Below are positions 55,557 through 64,000 of a stretch of 64,000 nt of DNA, piece by piece. Under the pieces are notes generated by a model. That model did no database searches. It was not told the origin of the DNA and saw only the letters and a program-made list of their open reading frames with translations. Numbering within the stretch: position 1 is the stretch's first letter; every line of letters starts with the position of its first letter. Origin of the DNA: an uncultured Gammaproteobacteria bacterium. GTDB taxonomy: Bacteria; Patescibacteriota; Patescibacteriia; UBA1558; 2-01-FULL-52-15. Location of the stretch: NCBI GenBank assembly GCA_964441335.1, contig CAYTUI010000001.1, positions 961 through 64,960 of the forward strand, written 5' to 3'. A program made the position numbers and the translations under genes.

Positions 55557-56608
55557 TTCAATTCAATAATATTCCCCGGTTTTTTTTCAATCCAATTATT
55601 CAATTCCAGCTGCGAAATTGTTGAACGAACTGTGGAATTGTCTGTTGAAAGTTTTCTTAATAGTTCATTAATTTCTTGCGAACCATTTTTTAATATTTCG
55701 ATAATTTGTTTTTCTAGCGGATTGGCAGATTGATATTTGTCGGTTTGTTTCGGCGAAATTACCGGCAAACCCATTATTTCCAAAATGTCCCGGCCGGAGG
55801 TTATTAAATGAGCGCCTTGCTGTAACAGATAATTACTGCCTTCAGATAACGGCTGATTAATATTGCCCGGTATAGCCATGACCTCACGGTTAATATCAGC
55901 CGCCAGACGAGCAGTGATCAGGGCGCCGGATTTAACCGCCGCCGAAACTATCAGCACCGATTTAACTAAACTGGCGATTGTTTGATTACGTCTGGGGAAG
56001 TTAATGCGATCAACCGGACTGTTTTTTGAAAATGGCGAAATAATTAAACCGTTGGCCTTTAATATATTTTTGGCTAGTCCTAAATTTGATTGCGGATAGA
56101 TTTCCTGATCGGAAATAGGTGTGCCAAGGACCGCAATTGTCGGTAAATTATGTTCCAGAGCTAATTGATGCGCTAGGGCGTCTATGCCGTAAGCCAGACC
56201 GCTGACAATCGTTAAACCACTGTTGTTTAAATCTTGGAAAATTTTTTTTAAAGCCGGCGCATTATAGTTATCCAATCGCCGGCTACCAATAATAGCTAAA
56301 CAAGTGGTTGTTAATAAATTTAGATTACCCCGATAGTAGAGTAACGGCTCGGGATAGCCGTCTTTAAGGATCTCCGGATAATCATCATCAACCATGGTGA
56401 TGAATTGAGGATTGTTCAGCCGATGCTCTTGCCATTGGGCCAGAGACCCATTAAGACCGCCCCTTTTTTCCTGCTCCCAGGCAAATTTAAAAGAACCATA
56501 ATGGTCCCTGATTTTCATTAAGCTGGCCGGTCCGATCCCTTTGGTATTTAGCCAAGCAAAAAAATAAATTTTTTCTTCTTCAGTTGTCATAAAATCGCTT
56601 TTCCGCAT
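55553..56608 (-). CDS. dprA: DNA processing protein DprA (Smf)
   Basis: Rossmann-like DprA core (GLAYGIDALAHQ, VLGTPI, AVKSGALITARLAADINREV) plus C-terminal wHTH-like tail. Confidence 0.9.
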   Translation of the reverse strand: MRKSDFMTTEEEKIYFFAWLNTKGIGPASLMKIRDHYGSFKFAWEQEKRGGLNGSLAQWQEHRLNNPQFITMVDDDYPEILKDGYPEPLLYYRGNLNLLTTTCLAIIGSRRLDNYNAPALKKIFQDLNNSGLTIVSGLAYGIDALAHQLALEHNLPTIAVLGTPISDQEIYPQSNLGLAKNILKANGLIISPFSKNSPVDRINFPRRNQTIASLVKSVLIVSAAVKSGALITARLAADINREVMAIPGNINQPLSEGSNYLLQQGAHLITSGRDILEIMGLPVISPKQTDKYQSANPLEKQIIEILKNGSQEINELLRKLSTDNSTVRSTISQLELNNWIEKKPGNIIELK

Positions 56609-56725
56609 TAGTTGTCCCCAAAAACTCTGGAGCCCTAGACTAATATTGACATTTTAAATCATTGGCGATAAATTTCAAGTGCAGTTCATCGAAAACCCCG
56701 TGTTTTCTTGCGAAAGGAGAAAACC

Positions 56726-56983
56726 GTGTCAATCAGCGTGAATACGGAGCAGCCAAGCAAAGGCCCGCCGCCGATAGCTCGAATGTCCAACAGACAGTTG
56801 GCAACCGAGCTGGCAACCTTTGGCAATCAGAGCGACATGGCGCTGTTGAAGCCTCAAGATTTTCTTACCTTCAATGGTCGTCAGGTGCCGCGACAAGATC
56901 TGTTGGACGAAGTCCAGTATGTTCGGACCAACGGCAGATCGCTGTGGGTCAAGGAGGTTCTGGAGAGAAAGAGTCGGACGTAG
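56726..56983 (+). CDS. Small hypothetical protein on a GC-rich (about 52%) patch
   Basis: GTG start after GAAAGGAGAAAACC; 85 aa; followed by hairpin terminator 57028-57062. Confidence 0.35.
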   Translation: MSISVNTEQPSKGPPPIARMSNRQLATELATFGNQSDMALLKPQDFLTFNGRQVPRQDLLDEVQYVRTNGRSLWVKEVLERKSRT

Positions 56984-57027
56984 GCTCTAGATAGGGGGAG
57001 CGGTGTGGTCAATACGAGAGCTGCGAT

Positions 57028-57062
57028 AAAGCCTGTTTTCCATCATGGACGGACAGGCTTTA
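57028..57062. terminator. Bidirectional hairpin terminator (AAAGCCTGT...ACAGGCTTT)
   Basis: 9-bp stem, 16-nt loop, between convergent genes. Confidence 0.55.
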
Positions 57063-60008
57063 CCTTTGTAGCGAAATAACAGAATCTTTTAGATATTTAT
57101 GCCAGTTCTGCAGACTGGATTTTTTTATTTTCAATTTATCCTTAGTCCAGATCCAGTCAGGAAATTTTTGTAGTAGCGTTTTGAGATAATCAACAGACGG
57201 TTCGTTGGTAAAAAATATTTCCAGCCAGTAATCAGCAACTGGCGATTGACCTCGGGCAGAAATTTTTTCAATTAAACTATCCTGCGCTAAAATTCGCAGT
57301 CCTTGAATATAGCGGATGTTATCAAAAACCTGACCGTCATAGTTTTTAAAAAAAGCCTGAAGCTCATGAGTGGTTCTGATAGCCGCCAGTTGTTGCCAGA
57401 AAAATATTTTGGCCTGGACATGCGGAAATAAATTATCGGGTAAAGCCGTGTCTAACGGCAACTCAATTTCCACCTGACGCCAGATTTTTGTTTCCATTCC
57501 TCTTAGCTCGTTCACTGATTGTTCAATCAATTCCTGATACAATTGCAGACCAATCGCCTTTACTCGGCCATGCTGATTTTTACCCAGAATATTTCCTACA
57601 CCCCTTAACTCCATATCACGGTTGGCAATTCTAAAGCCACTGCCCAAAGCTGTCTCTCTTTTGATGGTTTTTAATCTTTCCAGAGCATCGCCTTGAAGTT
57701 TTTGCTGATTGTAAAGAAAATAAGCATAGGCCTGGCGATCACTACGGCCGACTCGTCCTCGTAACTGGTGTAATTGCGCTAAACCAAAATTAACCGTGTC
57801 AGTTACAATGATAGTATTGACGTTGGCCAAATCCAGACCGTTAGTAATAATAGTAGAGCAGATTAAAATATCTATCTTTCCTTCGTCAAAATTATGCATG
57901 GTCCTGGCCAGCTGTTTATCGTCCATTTGCCCATGAGCAATGGCTAGCTTGGCTTTGGGGAATAGTTTGGTTAAAGTTTGTTTGGCAAAATCAATAGTCT
58001 CTACTTTATTATGTAGATAATAGACTTGGCCGTGGCGTTTAAGCTCATTGCTGATAACTTTTTTTATCAGCTCTTCGTTCCAAGGTAAAACTTCGGTTTT
58101 AATATCTTGGCGTCCTTTGGGCGGCTCTGTCAGCAAACTGATATTGCGGATGTTGGATAGTGATAAGTGTAAAGTCCGAGGGATAGGAGTGGCTGATAAA
58201 CTTAAGACATGAATTTGATCGGCCAGCTCTTTAAGTTTTTCTTTATCTTTAACGCCAAAATTTTGCTCCTCATCAATAATCAGTAATCTTAGATTGGAAA
58301 ATTTAATGTCTCGGGATAATAAGCGGTGCGTACCGACAACGATATCGGCTTTAGCTTGGCTGATTTTTTTTACAATGTCGTGTTGTTGTGTTTTTGTCTG
58401 CCAGCGGGATAAAAGTTCAATATCAGCGCCGTATTTGCTTAATCGTTTATTAAAGGTGTCAAAATGTTGTTGCGCCAAAATAGTTGTCGGACAGATTAAA
58501 GCAACTTGTCCGCCATTCAGAACAGTCCGCCAGCTGGCTCGCAGAGCAATCTCTGTTTTACCAAAGCCAACATCGCCGCAAATCAGTCTTTCTGTCGGGT
58601 AATCCTTCGCCAAGTCGTTCAAGGTATCAGACAGTGCGGTTAACTGCGAAGGAGTTTCTTCAAAAGGGAAATCATCAGCTACTAGGCGTTCATCTTTTTG
58701 TTGACTTAGGGGTCTAATGTGTCGCAGTTTTCTTTGCGCTTCATGACGCAAGATTTTTAAGGCCAAAGCCCAAGTTTCCTCTTTGATTTTTTTAATACTG
58801 TTGATCCAAGAGCTGTCATTAGATAAACGTGAAATTTTGGGCTGACTGGGCCCGACATATTTGGAAATTTTGTCAGCCTGATCGGTCGGCAGGTAGATTT
58901 TATCTTGGGCCGCGTATTCAATGGTTAAATATTCTCTGGTAATACCATCCACAGTCAGCGGTTCAATATTAATTAATTGACCAATACCATGGTCACGATG
59001 CACTACATAATCGCCTGGTTTAATTTCCGCCAGCCAGATATTAGACCGTTTAGTCAGTTTTTCAGCCGGTGGTAGCAGATGATTATCGTTTAAAACCAGA
59101 ATTTTATCTTGGGCCGATTGCCAGCCGGGAGGAGTCTGTAATAAATTATTCGACAGTTTCAGTAAGTTAATTTTTAGATGGTGTTCCTTAATAATTTTCA
59201 GCGCTTGTTGTGACTGACTGCTTAACCAATAAATAGAGTAATTAGATAATTGACGGAGCTGTTGCCAGTTCTGTGCGCCCTGTAAATAGGAAAAATCCGG
59301 CCAGGTTTCATTTTTGACAATGTCCGGTTCCTGATCAAGTTCGGAAATAATTAATTGCTGGGGTAAATTATTATCCTGATAGCCGATAGTTAATACCCGG
59401 TCGCTTAAATAATCCTCCAAATGGCCCTTGGGCATGGTAATGTTGAGTGGTGGTATTTGAACTATATTTATGGAAGCTATTTTAGTTTGATCATGGAGTG
59501 TTAACCAGTGAATACTTTCCAAATTATTACCGCTAAATTCCAGCCGCAAAATTTTTCCAAATAACCCAAGATCAATAATTCCACCGCGGGCAGCCACTTC
59601 ACCCTCTAGATTAACCTGAATGTTCGGCTCAAAACCAATATTTTGACATTGTGTAATTAGTTTGGAAAAATTATAGGTTGAGCCAACTTCCAGTGATAGG
59701 CTGTATTTTTTTGTTTGTTCAAGACTGGGAATTTTTAACTTCAGATTGTTGGTAGTCGTTAGGATGATTGCATTTTTATGATGGAGAAAAGCATCGGTGA
59801 CAGCTGGAGATAGGGGAGAATCGCTGACCCAAGTTAGAATTGGTTTAGAATATTTCCAAATGTTTAAACTGTCAGCTAGATTTTTTATTTGATGATCGTC
59901 TTCCAGTAAACACAAAAGCACCTCATACTTATTTAAGAGGGGGGTGTTCGCCAGCCAATAGCCCAGCGAATTATAGTTCCATATGCCGTTTACGATAATT
60001 TTTTTCAT
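57060..60008 (-). CDS. mfd: Transcription-repair coupling factor Mfd (short form, 982 aa)
   Basis: RNAP-interacting domain, SF2 helicase motifs (GDVGFGKTEIALRA, LLIIDEEQNFGV), TRCF C-terminal domain. Confidence 0.9.
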   Translation of the reverse strand: MKKIIVNGIWNYNSLGYWLANTPLLNKYEVLLCLLEDDHQIKNLADSLNIWKYSKPILTWVSDSPLSPAVTDAFLHHKNAIILTTTNNLKLKIPSLEQTKKYSLSLEVGSTYNFSKLITQCQNIGFEPNIQVNLEGEVAARGGIIDLGLFGKILRLEFSGNNLESIHWLTLHDQTKIASINIVQIPPLNITMPKGHLEDYLSDRVLTIGYQDNNLPQQLIISELDQEPDIVKNETWPDFSYLQGAQNWQQLRQLSNYSIYWLSSQSQQALKIIKEHHLKINLLKLSNNLLQTPPGWQSAQDKILVLNDNHLLPPAEKLTKRSNIWLAEIKPGDYVVHRDHGIGQLINIEPLTVDGITREYLTIEYAAQDKIYLPTDQADKISKYVGPSQPKISRLSNDSSWINSIKKIKEETWALALKILRHEAQRKLRHIRPLSQQKDERLVADDFPFEETPSQLTALSDTLNDLAKDYPTERLICGDVGFGKTEIALRASWRTVLNGGQVALICPTTILAQQHFDTFNKRLSKYGADIELLSRWQTKTQQHDIVKKISQAKADIVVGTHRLLSRDIKFSNLRLLIIDEEQNFGVKDKEKLKELADQIHVLSLSATPIPRTLHLSLSNIRNISLLTEPPKGRQDIKTEVLPWNEELIKKVISNELKRHGQVYYLHNKVETIDFAKQTLTKLFPKAKLAIAHGQMDDKQLARTMHNFDEGKIDILICSTIITNGLDLANVNTIIVTDTVNFGLAQLHQLRGRVGRSDRQAYAYFLYNQQKLQGDALERLKTIKRETALGSGFRIANRDMELRGVGNILGKNQHGRVKAIGLQLYQELIEQSVNELRGMETKIWRQVEIELPLDTALPDNLFPHVQAKIFFWQQLAAIRTTHELQAFFKNYDGQVFDNIRYIQGLRILAQDSLIEKISARGQSPVADYWLEIFFTNEPSVDYLKTLLQKFPDWIWTKDKLKIKKSSLQNWHKYLKDSVISLQR

Positions 60009-60052
60009 CGGCCCAGTCAGTTTAGCTGAAGACTGGTTTTTGGTCTAGCTGG

Positions 60053-60127
60053 GTCACGCCTCTCGCGAGAGGCGTGACTAATGTTTACGAGCGACGGGAT
60101 TGACCCAGCACCTCGCGAGGTGCTGGG
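60053..60127. promoter_or_regulatory. Two perfect GC-rich palindromes centred on TCGCGA (26 bp and 24 bp) in the mfd upstream / divergent promoter region
   Basis: GTCACGCCTC-TCGCGA-GAGGCGTGAC (60053-60078) and CCCAGCACC-TCGCGA-GGTGCTGGG (60104-60127). Confidence 0.5.
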
Positions 60128-60501
60128 TTGACACAAATCTCAATTTATGATAGCTTCGGCTGTTAACCTTTGGTTCTTATATCTACTCGCCAGGCAGTGA
60201 TGGAAATGACACCCCCTCCTTGTTGTTGAAATCATTGCGCTAAGGCCGCGGTCTTCATGGCTTTAGGTCTTGGCTTTTGCTGGTGGGTAGTTATAAGTGT
60301 CAGAGGTTTTTATTTTTGTTAATTTTTATTACTTCATTAATGACATTGAAGTTGGAAAATTAAGACGGAAAATTATTAAACTGAGAATAGATTATTTGTA
60401 ATTTTGGGTTGACTTTTTCCAAAAAAAGGAGTATAATTAATCAATAAGACTAAATTTTGTGGATAATTGAGAACACAAAATAATACTACGCGAGCGCACC
60501 C

Positions 60502-61170
60502 ATGGCGCCTAAAAGAAAAACTTTATCAGCACTAGTTATTATCTCGACACTGATGTTGATGGTTTTTTTTAATTTTCCATGGTTACGGACAGTCTGGGCG
60601 GTCAACACCACTACTTTATCCCAGACGATTAATGCGGGCACCTTAGCGGTTAGTATTGTTGATGGCGATGGTAACGCGGTAGGGTCTCCGGCAGTTGCTT
60701 TTGGAGCCTTGGCTTTTTCTTTTGATGCCGCCACTACAACAGCTACATTAGGCACAGCATCGGAAAAGATTCGTTTATCAAATCCCACTGCTACTGCCGC
60801 TTGGAGTGTGACTTTGGCCGGCAGTGCTCCGACCGCAGTCTGGACTGACGGAGGCAGTAATACTTTTGACTTTAATGATTCTGCTTGGTCGCAGGATGGA
60901 GCAGATGACGATACTAAAGGTGGCAGGTTAGCTGTAGATCCTTCTGCCGGTACCATCACTGGTGTTAACGGTTGTGCCACCACCAATACTTCCCTAGGGT
61001 CTTCATCGGCCTTTGTGGAAACATCCAATAATTCTATCACCTTATTTTCCTCCACCACAGCTGCTACTTATTGTCGTTTTGAGTTGATAGATGTGTCCTT
61101 GTCACAAGCTATACCGGCGGCTCAACCAGCGGCAGTTTATACCTTGGGCTTGACACTGACCGCTAGTTAA
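60502..61170 (+). CDS. Secreted Thr/Ala/Ser-rich cell-surface protein, WxL-domain-like (small)
   Basis: Signal peptide; domain shared with C-terminus of the 62723.. protein (TL[AS]VSIVD[GA]DG..VGSP.V, TLG.AS.KIR). Confidence 0.5.
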   Translation: MAPKRKTLSALVIISTLMLMVFFNFPWLRTVWAVNTTTLSQTINAGTLAVSIVDGDGNAVGSPAVAFGALAFSFDAATTTATLGTASEKIRLSNPTATAAWSVTLAGSAPTAVWTDGGSNTFDFNDSAWSQDGADDDTKGGRLAVDPSAGTITGVNGCATTNTSLGSSSAFVETSNNSITLFSSTTAATYCRFELIDVSLSQAIPAAQPAAVYTLGLTLTAS

Positions 61171-61275
61171 AATAATTTGATGAAGAGAGATATTTGACGC
61201 AGCAGTAATGCGGCGTTTTAATTTGTGGCAGAGCTGAATAGATGGTATAATTTATGAGTTAATAGCTATATTTAA

Positions 61276-62700
61276 ATGACAGAAAACTCAAGAAATTTTT
61301 TTATAAAACGGCACTGGATCATCTATTCGCTGATAATTATTTTTTCATTATTAATATCTAACGCCAGTATTGTTCGGGCTCTGGATTATGGCGGTATTGG
61401 TGGTAGGCCGGCGACTTCTGATCCGAATGTTCAAAACTCACAGAGCTGGTTTATTTATAATTTGGCGGCCAAAACTCAAAAGCAAGATGTTTTGATTGTG
61501 GTCAATTCCACCAATGAAGAACAGGAAATAATGGTTTATCCGGCCGACTCCACGCCCTCTTCTGACGGGGCGTTTGCTTTGAAACAAAAAACTGAAGCCA
61601 TGACCGATATCGGTAGCTGGATTAAATTATATCCGTCCGAAGCTGTCTTTGCAGATGAGGCGGTTTGGAAAGCGCTGTATCCTAAGGAAGCTGATTCTAA
61701 GTCTATTATTGATCGATGTTCGATTATACAGTTGGGCGCTGGTGATTTAGCCAAGTCATTGGAAGTGGTTGAGTCGCTCAAAGGAAAAAAAATATCTGCT
61801 GTGGAAATAGCTTACCTGACAGCTTTAGTTCCCTGGTGTCAGGGAGTCAGCGAATATACTTTTAAATTAGCGTCGAACACTCAAACAGAACTACCTTTTG
61901 TTATTAGTATTCCGGAGACAGCCGATGTGGGGGAGCATACCGGCGGTATTATGGTACAGAAAGTTGAAGCTCAACAGGTTCAGGGCACCGGCATCGCTTT
62001 AACTACCAGAGTGGGTGTCAGGGTTTATGAGACTGTTCCGGGTGAACAAATCTCCAAAATTACCTTGGGTAATTTTAATTATACCTATGATGTGGTCAAA
62101 AAATCTTATTCATTTTCTGTAGCTGTGAAGAATGAGGGCAATGTCGGTAAAGATGTTTTAATTACTTTGCATATTATTAATAAGTTGACAGGTCAGGAAG
62201 TTATATTAGACCAAGGCAAGAAGTCAACTTTTGAACGACCGTTGCAAGTTATGCGTAATGATCAGTTGATTTCTAATTTTGAATGGCAGGCGCCTGTCTT
62301 TGGCTATTATCAGGTGCGGGCGGAAGTATCTTACGATGATAATGGTCAGGCGATGACTTTAAATACCAGTGATTTAATAATCATTGTTGTACCTTGGCTG
62401 TATGTAGGAGCGATATTAGTTTTGATGGTTTTAGTCGTAGTTATTATTATATACAGAAAATCCCGATATCGTCAGAAGGTTAAGAAACATCAGTGGAAAC
62501 AGTATCGCATGAAAAAAGATGTTTCGCTGATGCAGTTGGCCCGCGTTTCCGGTGTTAACTGGAAGACCTTGGCTAAGGTCAATAAAATTAGGAAGCCATA
62601 TTTTGTCGAGGCTGGTCAAACTGTTAAACTGCCCGCGGTAGCTGTTAAACCAAAAGCGCGAAGGTCAGCGACTGGGGTTAAGAAAACGAAACGCCCATAG
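61276..62700 (+). CDS. Cell-surface protein, DUF916/DUF3324-like, with C-terminal TM anchor and LysM domain
   Basis: Signal peptide, long beta-rich ectodomain, TM helix (VVPWLYVGAILVLMVLVVVIIIY), C-terminal LysM (DVSLMQLARVSGVNWKTLAKVNKI...GQTVKLP). Confidence 0.55.
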   Translation: MTENSRNFFIKRHWIIYSLIIIFSLLISNASIVRALDYGGIGGRPATSDPNVQNSQSWFIYNLAAKTQKQDVLIVVNSTNEEQEIMVYPADSTPSSDGAFALKQKTEAMTDIGSWIKLYPSEAVFADEAVWKALYPKEADSKSIIDRCSIIQLGAGDLAKSLEVVESLKGKKISAVEIAYLTALVPWCQGVSEYTFKLASNTQTELPFVISIPETADVGEHTGGIMVQKVEAQQVQGTGIALTTRVGVRVYETVPGEQISKITLGNFNYTYDVVKKSYSFSVAVKNEGNVGKDVLITLHIINKLTGQEVILDQGKKSTFERPLQVMRNDQLISNFEWQAPVFGYYQVRAEVSYDDNGQAMTLNTSDLIIIVVPWLYVGAILVLMVLVVVIIIYRKSRYRQKVKKHQWKQYRMKKDVSLMQLARVSGVNWKTLAKVNKIRKPYFVEAGQTVKLPAVAVKPKARRSATGVKKTKRP

Positions 62701-62722
62701 CTTAACTCATTTTTGTTTAACC

Positions 62723-64000
62723 ATGGAGGAGTGTTGGCAGAAAAAATTTTCATTCAAGTTAGTCAAAGTCACTGCTGTGGCTTTGATTGTTTTTATGATT
62801 TTAAGTCAGTGGGGGAGAGTTGTTTTTAATATTTCATATTACGAACTGAAGAAAGTTCAAGCGGTGGCGACTGATAATTTTATTGCTTTTTGGGCTGGAG
62901 GATCCGCACCAACTGACTGGACTATTATTTCCGATGATGTAGGAGAAGATTTTTATCAGAAATTTCCCCGCGGTGCCTCCACCTATAGCAGTACTGGCGG
63001 AGCCACCATTCATAGTGATCATACTATCACCCGTGTCTCAGTTGCCGCGCAGTCCGCCTCTCCACTCACAAAAACTGCTGGGGCTGTTAGTCAAGCGAGC
63101 AAAGCTCATACCCATGGCACAATTTCCAGCACTACAATGGGGTCAGGAACTTTACTGCCGGTTTACCGGGATATTGAGGTGATTAAGTATAACTTAACAG
63201 GAACTCCTACTGTGATTCCTTCGGGAGTCATACTGATGTTTGATGCCGCCCAATCAGCCCCGTGGTCTAGGTATACAGTGCAGGACGGAAACTTTATTTA
63301 TGGTGCCGCCGATGTCTCAGGAACAGGCGGTAGTGCCACCCATACCCATGGGAGTGTGGGTTATACTGTGGACGCATCTTCTGGCGCCAATACTTTAGCT
63401 TGTGTCACTTGCGCTGGTTCGGGTTCGTTTAATCCTCATACACATACTGTATCAGGTAAGACAACAGCATCAGGCGATCATACACCGCCTTACATGGATG
63501 TTCTGCTTTATCAGGCAACGACGGATACTACTTTGCCTGATGGCGCAATTGCTATGTGGGACGCGACTCCGGCAGATACTAACTGGACAGTCAATTCTGG
63601 CGCCTCGCAGACGTTTAACGGAAAATTTTTACGTGGTACTGCAAGCTATACAGGCACGCCGGGAGGAAATTCAGCACATAACCATAGTAATTTATCAAGC
63701 GCTACAAGCGGGTCAGTAGAAGGAGCTAATTATGCTGATCAGTCTACGTTTGGTGGCGCGACTTCAAATCACACACACACCGCTGTTGTTTCTTTTGGTA
63801 ACTCCAATAATTTACCGCCGTATATTGATGTGATTATGGCCAAATACACGGCGCCGCCGGCTGGTACGTTATCAGTCTCAATCGTTGATGCTGACGGCGT
63901 TGATGTCGGTAGTCCGTCTGTTACTATGGATGCGGGAGAATATTCTTTCGTTTACCAAACTGTCAGTGGCACGCTGGGAGCAGCTAGTCAAAAAATCAGA
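62723..64000 (+). CDS. Large surface protein (partial, runs off window end) with about 50-aa repeats each carrying an H-T/N-H motif and a WxL-like domain
   Basis: Open frame from ATG 62723 with no stop to end of window (absent from ORF track because incomplete). Repeats KAHTHGT, SATHTHGS, NPHTHTVSG, SAHNHSN, SNHTHTAV. 3' part homologous to 60502 protein. Confidence 0.6.
   Translation, partial: MEECWQKKFSFKLVKVTAVALIVFMILSQWGRVVFNISYYELKKVQAVATDNFIAFWAGGSAPTDWTIISDDVGEDFYQKFPRGASTYSSTGGATIHSDHTITRVSVAAQSASPLTKTAGAVSQASKAHTHGTISSTTMGSGTLLPVYRDIEVIKYNLTGTPTVIPSGVILMFDAAQSAPWSRYTVQDGNFIYGAADVSGTGGSATHTHGSVGYTVDASSGANTLACVTCAGSGSFNPHTHTVSGKTTASGDHTPPYMDVLLYQATTDTTLPDGAIAMWDATPADTNWTVNSGASQTFNGKFLRGTASYTGTPGGNSAHNHSNLSSATSGSVEGANYADQSTFGGATSNHTHTAVVSFGNSNNLPPYIDVIMAKYTAPPAGTLSVSIVDADGVDVGSPSVTMDAGEYSFVYQTVSGTLGAASQKIR

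Noticed and set aside
56662-56994. Second overlapping ORF (110 aa) on the GC-rich patch before mfd
   Set aside because: The two frames overlap. Only the frame with an SD-supported GTG start (56726..56983) was kept, at low confidence.

Overview
The window reads as an AT-rich (about 38-40% GC) chromosome segment of a reduced-genome bacterium; gene content and style suggest a CPR/Patescibacteria-type organism, but this is inference. Strong Shine-Dalgarno sites (AAGGAGG) are present throughout.

Housekeeping genes seen in the sequence:
- dnaG-rpoD operon
- parA-parB
- a short Rel/SpoT homolog
- topA, dprA and mfd
- a type IV pilin-like gene
- tRNAs: Ser(GGA), two Met(CAT), Leu(CAA), Pro(GGG), Asn(GUU)

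Accessory content:
1. A minus-strand membrane-lipid/glycolipid gene cluster (GT4, CarS-like, DAGK-like kinase, PgpA, CDP-alcohol phosphatidyltransferase).
2. A roughly 15 kb copper/redox homeostasis supercluster. It holds a CopY/BlaI-like repressor, a BlaR1-like M56 protein, CopZ, CopA, a CopB-like ATPase with an atypical CPD motif, HMA-fused permeases, cupredoxin-like and DsbA/CcdA-like proteins.
3. An NrtR-PnuC-NadR nicotinamide-riboside salvage operon, with a second NrtR paralog further on.
4. Two GC-rich (about 58-62% GC) islands that look horizontally acquired. Island 1 (29.9-38.1 kb) is a complete Preiss-Handler/NAD salvage set: PncA-like, a NadD-NadK fusion, ADPR Nudix, PncB, NadE and an embedded radical-SAM enzyme. 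Island 2 (41.3-46.15 kb) is a 4-gene operon of an APH/ChoK-like small-molecule kinase, a TerY-like vWA protein, a divergent adenylosuccinate-synthetase-like enzyme and an unknown protein, ended by a terminator. This is the best candidate for an undescribed nucleotide-metabolite or conflict system.

Recurring sequence structure:
- Every tRNA with readable downstream sequence is followed within about 100 bp by an echo copy of its own 3' end.
- The two tRNA-Met genes are followed by arrays of 29-nt hairpin units containing CTAC and TCGCGA-centred palindromes (REP-like).
- An IS200/RAYT-type tyrosine transposase gene sits between topA and dprA and carries an in-frame GTAG-plus-hairpin insertion.
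- GTAG-rich and GTTCTT-rich low-complexity tracts occur in several intergenic regions.
- Two GC-rich structured intergenic regions (1.96-2.33 kb and 48.13-48.56 kb) are candidate ncRNAs I could not assign.

The window ends in a WxL/DUF916-like cell-surface protein cluster.
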